DNA of 63,146 nt, counting the filler, from Malassezia furfur (lineage: Eukaryota): NCBI GenBank assembly GCA_052055015.1. It is 12 parts of 12 records of this genome, joined end to end, with 100 filler letters (N's around TTAATTAATTAA, not from the genome) between each part and the next. Parts side by side here need not be neighbours in the genome. Positions count along the whole stretch, not along the records: positions 52,854 to 57,957 come from JBQJIT010000628.1; positions 58,058 to 63,146 come from JBQJIT010000629.1; 10 more parts are not named here. One strand, written 5' to 3'. The notes beneath the pieces were generated by a model. The model searched no databases and was not told the DNA's origin. It saw only the letters and a list, made by a program, of their open reading frames with translations. Below, in pieces: positions 55,507-63,146 of this stretch. A program made the position numbers and the translations under genes. How positions within the stretch are numbered: the first letter of the stretch is position 1; the number at the start of each line of letters is the position of its first letter.

Positions 55507-56742
55507 ATGACCATCCTCGGCGTGAACGCGCGTGCGAACGCGCTGTGCACGGCGCACAAGCCGGAGCACTTTGACTTAGAGCGCATCGTGCGCCCCAACA
55601 TTCTTTCGCTCCAGCCATACCACACGGTGCGCGACGACTTCCAGGTCAATGTGCTGCTCGACGCGAACGAAAACTCGTACGGCCCCATGCTCGGCGAGTC
55701 CAGCGAGCTCGCGGCGCGCATGGACCTGCACCGCTACCCCGCGCCAGCGCTCATGGGCACGCGCCGCGCGATCACGCAGCTGCGCGGCATGCCGGACGAC
55801 GCGTTCACCTTTTTGGGCGTGGGCTCCGACGAGGTGATCGACCTGCTGTTCCGCTGCTTTGCGCGCCCGGAGCACGATAAGGTGCTCATTTGCCCCCCGA
55901 CGTACCCCATGTACAAGGTGAGCGCCGCAGTGAACGACGTCGGCATCGTGAGTGTGCCGCTCGTGCTCGACGGCACGTCGTTCGCGGTCGATGTGCCCAA
56001 GGTGCTCGAGGCGCTCCGCACCGACCCGTCGATCAAGATGGTCTTTTTGTGCTCGCCCGGCAACCCGACGGGCTCGCTGCTCTCGCGCGAGTCGATCCAG
56101 GCGGTGCTCGACTGCCCCGACTACAACGGCCTCGTGATCGTCGACGAGGCGTACATCGACTTCCCGCTCGAGGAGCAGGCGATGGGCCTGCGGTACGTCG
56201 GCGAGTCGATCTCCGCCGTGGACCTCGTGCCGTCGTACGCGAACCTGGTCGTGTCGCAGACGCTGTCGAAGTCGTTCGGCCTCGCCGGCGTGCGCCTCGG
56301 TGTGGCGTTTGCGCAGCCGCCGACGATCCAGATCATGAACAACACCAAGGCGCCCTACTCGATCTCGGCGCCGTCGGCCTACTTTGCGGCGCAGGCGCTC
56401 TCTCCCGAGGGCATCGCCAAGATGCGCGCGTGCACGCGCACGCTCATCGAAAACCGGCGCCAGCTCATCGAGGCGCTCGGCGACGTGCCCAACCTCGGGC
56501 GCGTGCTCGGCAACAACGACGCCAACTTTGTGCTGGTGCAGGTGCTGCGCGACGGCGAGCCGAGCAGCGAGCGCGCTAGCGAAGTATACCACGCCATGGC
56601 GCAGAACCACGGACTCATGGTGCGCAACCGCAGCGCCGAGCTCGGGTGCGCAGGGTGTCTGCGCATCTCGGTCGGCACGCCCGAGGAAAATGCGCGCGCC
56701 GTGGCGCTCCTCACGCAGCTGCTCGGCGACGCGTCTGCGTAG
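55507..56742 (+). CDS. HIS5: Histidinol-phosphate aminotransferase
   Basis: LLDANENSYG, GVGSDEVIDL, CSPGNPTG, VDEAYIDF, QTLSKSFGLAGVRLG, CLRISVGT. Confidence 0.95.
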   Translation: MTILGVNARANALCTAHKPEHFDLERIVRPNILSLQPYHTVRDDFQVNVLLDANENSYGPMLGESSELAARMDLHRYPAPALMGTRRAITQLRGMPDDAFTFLGVGSDEVIDLLFRCFARPEHDKVLICPPTYPMYKVSAAVNDVGIVSVPLVLDGTSFAVDVPKVLEALRTDPSIKMVFLCSPGNPTGSLLSRESIQAVLDCPDYNGLVIVDEAYIDFPLEEQAMGLRYVGESISAVDLVPSYANLVVSQTLSKSFGLAGVRLGVAFAQPPTIQIMNNTKAPYSISAPSAYFAAQALSPEGIAKMRACTRTLIENRRQLIEALGDVPNLGRVLGNNDANFVLVQVLRDGEPSSERASEVYHAMAQNHGLMVRNRSAELGCAGCLRISVGTPEENARAVALLTQLLGDASA

Positions 56743-56812
56743 ACGCGGCGCGCGCGCCGCGCGTGCGCGCCCACGCGTACTGCCAACTTTTGTACACGGG
56801 ACTACGTAGCTA

Positions 56813-57957
56813 TCACGCCATGAGTGCCTGCTCGGCGCGGCGCATGTCGAGCTCGGTCTGGAGCGCCTCGTAGGTCTCCTGCGCCTCGGCGCGCCGCGCG
56901 TCCAGTTCGCGGTACTCGGCCTGCGCCGCGGCCTCGGTGCGCTGCAGATGCCCCACGGCCTCCTGGATGCGCTCGAGGCGGTCGCGCGCCGCGCCCTGCT
57001 CGCCGAGCGCGAGGCGCTCAAACGCCGCGAGGCTCAGCGCCGCCTCGGCGTGCGTCTGTGCAGCGGCGGTGATTTCGCCCGCAAGCTTCTTGGAGCGCGC
57101 CTGGTAGCCGCCCAGCAGCTTGCCAAGCGTCTTCTCCGCCTTGGCCGCCGCCGCGGCCTGCTCCTGCATGCGCGAGCGCAGCGCATCGAGGTGCGTCGCA
57201 TGCGTACGCACGACCTCGGCGAGGCCCATGTCCTCACGCAGCACGTACGTGTGGCGCTCGGCGCTCCACACGGACGCCGCACGCACCGCCGCCAGCGGCG
57301 CATCCAGTGCGTCGGCCTGGGCGCGCGTCAGCGACGCAAGCGCCTCGGGGCGCGCGCCAGGGAAGCCCAGCTCCTGGGCCAGCTCGGCGTGCACCAACTG
57401 CCGCGCGTCGTCGAGCGCCGCGTCGTCGATCGGCGCAAGGCGCGACACGGCGCCGCCCGGCTGCCGGCTGCCCGGCTGGGGGTAGAGCCGCGCGTCGTGC
57501 GCCATGAGCGCGACCATCTCGGCGTCGATCTCGCGCTGCACCGCGTCCGGCTCGAGGCTCGCAAGCTCCGCGGTGAGCGCCGCAGCATCGACCTCGAGTG
57601 GGCGCGGCAGGTCGCGCTGCACTGCCTGCGACCGCCGCGCAAACTCGCGCTGGCGCTCCTCTTCGGCCTCGCGCGCCAGCCGCGCATCGCGCTCCGCCGC
57701 GTCCTCCTCGACGGCGCGCTTCGCCGGCGCGTCGGGCTGTGCCTCGTCCGCATCGACGACCAGCTCAAAGTCGTTCTTGGGGCGCGGCAGCGCGTGCAGC
57801 GCCGCAATGAGGTTGTGCTTCGCGACACGTTGCGCCGCACGCTCGGTGCGCGGCGTACTCGGCTCGGCGTTCAGCCCAAGCGAGTCGCGGTACGGCGTCG
57901 CACCGGGCGTCGCACCGACGGCCGTGCGCGGCGTCGCGCTCCACATCTACGCGCACC
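56813..57957 (-). CDS. CEF1: Pre-mRNA splicing factor Cef1/Cdc5, C-terminal part
   Basis: TPYRDSLGLN, LPRPKNDFELV, EEDAAERD, RRSQAVQRDLPRP, EKTLGKLLGGYQAR. Confidence 0.9.
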
Positions 57958-58135
57958 NNNNNNNNNNNNNNNNNNNNNNNNNNNNNNNNNNNNNNNNNNN
58001 NTTAATTAATTAANNNNNNNNNNNNNNNNNNNNNNNNNNNNNNNNNNNNNNNNNNNNGCCGCGCCGCGCTCGTCCTCCGCCGCGGCGTCCATCGTGGTCG
58101 GTCGCTCGGTCGAGCGAGGTCCGTGCACGCCGTCC

Positions 58136-60082
58136 ATGGACGCCCTGCCGCCGGAGCTGCTGGCGCGCGTCCTGGCCGCGCTCGACCCGTGCTCGCTCGC
58201 GCGCGCGTGCTGCGTGTGCCGCGCGTGGCACGATGTGGGCATGCGCGACACCGTGTGGGCGTGCGCCGCGCGCGCCGCGCACTACACCGACGCACGCGAC
58301 GTCCGCGCCGCCGTGCAGCCATACCAGTTCGGCGCGCCGTTCGCGAGCGCCGCGGCGTACTTTGACGCGCTGCACAGCTTCCGCGACCTCTGCGTGAAGC
58401 GGCACATGCTCGACGTGCGCTGGGGCACGCGCGCCGCGCCGCACGCGGACCTCGCCGCGACGACGCTCGCATTGCGCCCGCACGTGCACTACTACCGCCC
58501 GTCGGGCGCGCGCGAGGACGTGTGGCGCATCCAGCTCGAGTACGTGGCGCACTGACGCAGCCCGCTGGAGAACTGCCTGCTCGAGTCGCACGTCGGCGGC
58601 GGCGTGCGCGCCGTCGACATCCACACGGGGCGCGTCCTGTGGCGCTCGGACCCCACCGACGCCCGGCCGTACCCGCACCTGGAGTTCGACAACGGCTGGC
58701 TCGTGTTCGACCGCGACGCGCCGGGGCACTTTGAGATCTGGCGGAGCGCGCGCCTCGTGCCGGACGCGCACGAGGCGCACCGCGGCGAGTTTGTGCGCTA
58801 CACCATCCTCGACGTGCCCGAGATGGTGCGTGCGTACCGCCTGCAGTTCCCGACCCTCGCCTTGTACGTGCATGCCTCACGCAGCGTGACCATCTTTGAT
58901 ACGTACGCGGAGCTCGACGTGCGCACCAAGTCGCTCGTGCGCCGCGTGCCGCTCGGCCACACCCTGCACGGCCACCGCAACATCCACTACATCGAGTTCG
59001 ACGACGACTACCTCTTCCTCGTAGGCTATGGCGCGAACCGCGCGTCGGCGGTGCGGCGCGACACGGGCGCGGTCGTCTGGACGCTCGCCGAGCACATCCA
59101 GCGCCACGGCGCGCCGCACTGCTTCCGCTCCGTGCCGCGCGCCACGGGCGAGCGCCATGCGCTGCTCCTCCGCGAGCAGGAGCGCGTGCCCGCCCCGCGC
59201 TGGCTCGCCCAGCTCGCGCACCGCGCCGCGGGCGACCCCGCGCAGCTGTGCTACGCGTGGCACGCGGTGCACTTCGACCGCGACTCGCACACGCTCGTCC
59301 TCCTCGGCGAGTCGGGGCTCCTGCTCGTGCCCGACTACCGCGCGGTGCTCGCGGGCGAGCCGCCGGCGCAGCCGCTGCGCATGCACCTCTTTGCGACGGA
59401 GCGCGACGTGCCGCCGAGCGACGACGACACACTGCCGTTCCGCCGCCGCCCGCGCACCGAGATGCACGGGCAGCTGAGCGTCGCCAACGGCCGCGTCGCC
59501 GCCGTGTACGAGACGCTCACCATGCTCGACCTGCACGCGCCGACGCACGGACGCGACACCGACGGGCGCCGCATCGAGGTGCCCTTTGCCGTGTACGAAT
59601 GGTCCGACCCGCCGAACGCCTTCGACTGGTTCACGGGGCCGATCGACCAGTTCCGCGGGTGCAGCTGCGTCCAGCTGGATGCCACCGGCCTGTACTGCGT
59701 CACGCGCCAGGCGCTCGACCGCGAGATCGGCGTGTCCCCCGACGACTTCCCGCCGGGCTACCAGGCGGAGTGCCTGCGCCACGACTCGAGCATGGTCACC
59801 GCCTTCCACTTTGACGACCGCGCGCAGCCGCCCGAGGTGCTCGAGCACGCCGCCGCCGCCTTCCCGACGCCGCCGCCGCTCGACCACATCGCGCTCCTCG
59901 CCGCCGACACGGACGCTGCCGCCGAGACCGAGGCCGACGGCGCGCACGCCGAGCTCGAGGAGGAGCTCGTGAGCCCGGCCCTGGAGCAGGCGATCCGCGC
60001 CCTCGCGCCAGCGCAGGCGCCCGCGTGGGCAGACGAGGAGCCAGCCTCGAGCGACGACGACTCACCCGCGCCAGCGCCATAG
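58136..60082 (+). CDS. F-box protein with predicted beta-rich C-terminal domain (paralog 1)
   Basis: MDALPPELLARVLAALDPCSLARACCVCRAWH (F-box); 21-nt intron 58540-58560 with an in-frame TGA; probable 21-nt intron 58864-58884. Confidence 0.8.
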
Positions 60083-60149
60083 CCGAGCTAGTCCGCCGCC
60101 TCGGGCGCCCAGCGTGGCGCGCCCGTGCGCCCCACCTCCATCTGTCCTC

Positions 60150-61661
60150 ATGCACGCCGTACCGCCCGAGGTGCTCGCGGCGGTACTCGCGTGGCTGGAC
60201 CCGTGGGACCTGGCGCGCGCGTGCCGCGTGTGCCGAGGTACGTGCCCCTCTTACCCAGCCTGGCACGCCGTGTGCGTCGACGAGAGCGTGTGGGCGCATG
60301 CCGCCCGCGCCACGTCCCTCGACGCGGCGCTGCAGAGCACCGTGCCGCTGTTTGCCGGCGCCACGACGCTGCGCGACGTCCAGCGGCGCTGGCACACACG
60401 CAGGCGCGCGTGGGGGCGCACGCACCCGCTCCCCCGCGCGCTGCGCCCCCGCCGCACCGTGTACCGCCCGCCGGACGCTGCGGCACAGACGCACGTCGAG
60501 CGCGTTGCGATCGAGTACGTCGGCCCCTCACACAGCCCGTCCCAAGGCATCGTCATCGAGAGCACCTCGGCCAACTTGCGCGCCCTCGACGCGGCGACCG
60601 GCGCAGTGCTGTGGGCGACGCCGCCCGTGCAAGACGACGTCCTTTCCCGCAAGCACCTCGGCGTTTCGCACGGCTGGCTGCTGCAGGACGAGTACATGCC
60701 GACGCGCGCCCACCTGTGGCGCGCTGCATGCGGCCACCGCGGCGCGGCGCGCGGGCAGTTTGCGTGGCACCGCTCGTGGGCCGAGCCGGGGCGCGCGCTG
60801 TACTTGGCGTACCCCATCCTCGCCTGGTACGAGCGCCGCTCACGCAGCAAAAAAGACGACCACTACGTCGAGACGGACGTGCACTCGGCGCGCGTCGTGC
60901 GCACCTACCCGCTCGACAATACGCTGCACGAGGCATACCGTGTACAGGCGCTCGCGCTCGACGACGACTATGTGTTTGTCGCAGGGCAGTGGCGCGACAA
61001 TGTAGCCATCTTGCACCGTGCCTCGGGGCGCGTCGCATGGACGCTCCCGGGGCACATTCGCGCCCACGGCGCGCCCGTGTGCTACCGCTGCGAGGCCACG
61101 ACGCCGGCCGAGCGCGGCGCGTTGGTGCGCCGCTCCCTTGTCCGCACCCCGGCCCCGGCCTGGGTCCAGACGCTGCCCGACTGGCGTCCGCCGCGCACGC
61201 CGACGTACACGTGGTACGAGTGGAAGGCGATCGCACTCGATTGCGCGTCGCATACGCTGCTGTTCCTCGGCGAGGACGCGCTGCTCGTGGTGCCGGCCTA
61301 CCCCGCGCGGCTCCGTGGCGAAGCGGCGCCGGCGCCGTACCTATACCTCTTGCCCGAGGCAGACGCGGCGCCCAACAAGGCGAAAAGCATCGCGGCATGC
61401 GACGGACGCGTCGCCGTGCTGTGGCGCACGCTCACGCTGCTCGACTTGCAGCCGCGCGCACGGGCGGCGCCCGACGCGGCGCCGTTCGTCGTGTACGAGT
61501 ACGGTGCGCCTGCGGATGACGCCTTTGCGGGGTGCGAGGGCGTCGCGATGGATGCTACGAGTATCTATGCGGTGGTGAACGACCGGCCTGCGTCGGCAGA
61601 CGCGCCGCACGCGGTCCGGCGCGTCGCCGGCTTCCACTTTGACGCCATAGCGGAGCGGTAG
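60150..61661 (+). CDS. F-box protein (paralog 2, tandem duplicate)
   Basis: MHAVPPEVLAAVLAWLDPWDLARACRVCRAWH after removing the 21-nt intron 60238-60258; second 21-nt intron 60515-60535. Shares DDDYxF, HIxxHGAPxC and (A/G)FHFD with paralog 1. Confidence 0.8.
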   Translation: MHAVPPEVLAAVLAWLDPWDLARACRVCRGTCPSYPAWHAVCVDESVWAHAARATSLDAALQSTVPLFAGATTLRDVQRRWHTRRRAWGRTHPLPRALRPRRTVYRPPDAAAQTHVERVAIEYVGPSHSPSQGIVIESTSANLRALDAATGAVLWATPPVQDDVLSRKHLGVSHGWLLQDEYMPTRAHLWRAACGHRGAARGQFAWHRSWAEPGRALYLAYPILAWYERRSRSKKDDHYVETDVHSARVVRTYPLDNTLHEAYRVQALALDDDYVFVAGQWRDNVAILHRASGRVAWTLPGHIRAHGAPVCYRCEATTPAERGALVRRSLVRTPAPAWVQTLPDWRPPRTPTYTWYEWKAIALDCASHTLLFLGEDALLVVPAYPARLRGEAAPAPYLYLLPEADAAPNKAKSIAACDGRVAVLWRTLTLLDLQPRARAAPDAAPFVVYEYGAPADDAFAGCEGVAMDATSIYAVVNDRPASADAPHAVRRVAGFHFDAIAER

Positions 61662-61699
61662 GCGTCGTCGGCGCACCTCCATTGCTGCCCTCCACCTCG

Positions 61700-63146
61700 A
61701 TGCTCGAGTTTACGCCGCTGGCGGGCCCCTTTCGCGCGGCGGACGCCAAGGGCAAGCAGCGCGAGGTCGAGAGCGTGGAGCAGCCCAAGGCGGTGGCGTA
61801 CCTCGTGGAGATCGATGGGTGCCGCATCCTGCTGGACTGCGGCGCGCCCGAGGACTTCGTGTTTGCCGACGCGCCCTCCGCGCCGGACGATGCGGCGCAC
61901 TCGCCCGAGCTGGCCGGCACGCTGCCCGAGATCCTCGCGCGGATCGGCGGGACGATCGATGTGGTGCTGCTGACGCACGCCGAGCTGGCGCACCTCGGTC
62001 TGTACGCGTATGCGCGCGCACACTACGGGCTCGTCGGCACGGTGTATGCGACGCTGCCCGTGCAGACGATGGGCCGCCTCGTGATGCACGAGGCGGTGCG
62101 TGCGTGGTCGTCTGAGATCGACGTGGGCACGTCCGGGCGCCTGCTGCCCACCGAGGCCGAGGTCGACGAAGCGTTTGACGCGATGCGCACGCTGCGCTTC
62201 CTGCAGCCGACGCCGCTCGACGGCAAGTCGGCCGGGCTGGTGCTCACGGCGTACAACGCGGGCCACTCGCTCGGCGGTACGGTGTGGAAGCTGCGCTCGC
62301 CGTCGGTCGGCACCGTGGTCATGGCGCTGGATTGGAACCATAGTCGCGAGCGGCACCTGGACCGCACGGCGCTGCTGCCCTCGGCGCACACGCCGTTCGG
62401 GGAGATGCGCAGCGTCGACGCCATTGGGCGCGCCGACGTGCTCATCACCGACATTGAGCGCGGGCTTGTGACCAACGCCGGGCGCAAGGACCGCGACGCG
62501 GCGCTGCTCGACCGTGTGCACCAGACGCTGCAGGGCGGCCACTCGGTGCTGATCCCCGTCGACAGCGCTGCGCGGCTGCTCGAGCTGCTGGTGCTGCTCG
62601 ACCAGCACTGGTCGTTTGCGTACCAGCACCAACGCTTCCCCCTGTGCCTCGTGAGCGCCACGGGCCAGGAGTTTGTCGAGCGCGCGCGCACCTTTATCGA
62701 GTGGATGTCGCGCGAGTGGGCCGCGCAGCTGCTCGCCGACGACGCGGGCAAGGGCCGCCGGCGCAACCGCCAGGGCCCCGCACTCAAGTCCCCGCTCGAC
62801 TTCCCCTTTTTGCGCTACTTTGCGACGGTCGACGCGCTGCGCAACGCCGTCACGCCGTCGCAGCCCAAGGTGGTGCTGGCGGCGCCCGCCTCGCTCACGC
62901 ACGGCCCGGCGCGCTCGCTGCTCGCCGACTTCCTCGCGGACCCCGACGCGCTTGTGCTGCTCACGGCGCGCGGCGAGCCCGGCAGTGTGCAGCGCACGCT
63001 GTGGGAGCGCTGGAATGCGCACCAGTCCGACCCCGAGGCGTGGCGCCGCGGCAAGGTCGGTGCGCCCGCGGCGATCGGCGGGCAGCTCACATACGAGCTG
63101 CGCCGGCGCATCCGGCTCACGGGCGAGGAGCTGCGCGCGCACCTCG
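61700..63146 (+). CDS. CFT2: Cleavage and polyadenylation specificity factor subunit 2 (CPSF100/Cft2), 3'-truncated
   Basis: Not in the ORF track because it runs off the edge. ILLDCG, IDVVLLTHAELAHLGLY (degenerate HxHxDH), AYNAGHSLGGTVWKL, LDWNHSRERHL, VLIPVDSAARLLELL. Confidence 0.92.
   Translation, partial: MLEFTPLAGPFRAADAKGKQREVESVEQPKAVAYLVEIDGCRILLDCGAPEDFVFADAPSAPDDAAHSPELAGTLPEILARIGGTIDVVLLTHAELAHLGLYAYARAHYGLVGTVYATLPVQTMGRLVMHEAVRAWSSEIDVGTSGRLLPTEAEVDEAFDAMRTLRFLQPTPLDGKSAGLVLTAYNAGHSLGGTVWKLRSPSVGTVVMALDWNHSRERHLDRTALLPSAHTPFGEMRSVDAIGRADVLITDIERGLVTNAGRKDRDAALLDRVHQTLQGGHSVLIPVDSAARLLELLVLLDQHWSFAYQHQRFPLCLVSATGQEFVERARTFIEWMSREWAAQLLADDAGKGRRRNRQGPALKSPLDFPFLRYFATVDALRNAVTPSQPKVVLAAPASLTHGPARSLLADFLADPDALVLLTARGEPGSVQRTLWERWNAHQSDPEAWRRGKVGAPAAIGGQLTYELRRRIRLTGEELRAHL

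Overview
This is a fungal nuclear genome fragment: GC-rich, extremely compact and most consistent with Malassezia (Ustilaginomycotina). It is not one locus. Twelve contigs of about 5.1-5.2 kb, sorted by decreasing size, are joined by artificial N-TTAATTAATTAA-N linkers, so adjacency across linkers has no biological meaning. About 40 complete or truncated housekeeping genes are recognisable, including CLA4, ARC15, a TPS3-like subunit, MED12, CDC60, PP2A, MCM2, ELP5, DOA4, SET5, a Nup2-like nucleoporin, KEI1, PDCD5, eIF3d, VID27, SEC18, UTP14, NIP7, RRP8, COG1, YKT6, a paraoxonase, SSK2, LYS4, ILV5, LSM5, SLU7, RRF1, TAF9, RET2, LSM4, FPR2, MED17, HIS5, CEF1, two F-box paralogs and CFT2. Three observations stand out: (1) a single intron-less ORF fuses complete Cox16 to complete Erv1 sulfhydryl oxidase; (2) about 41 manually resolved spliceosomal introns are mostly 21-31 nt, and eight are exactly 21 nt, with none shorter, including a stop-containing one in essential SEC18 and many in-frame stop-free ones that ORF callers miss; (3) YKT6 has a start codon split by an intron plus an 8-nt microexon. 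Smaller observations are a perfect Gcn4 site in the LYS4/ILV5 bidirectional promoter, CACGTG enrichment in tiny promoters, a candidate structured ncRNA, a 35-nt minisatellite and a chimeric contig end. All family assignments come from recognising motifs by eye; no database searches were run.
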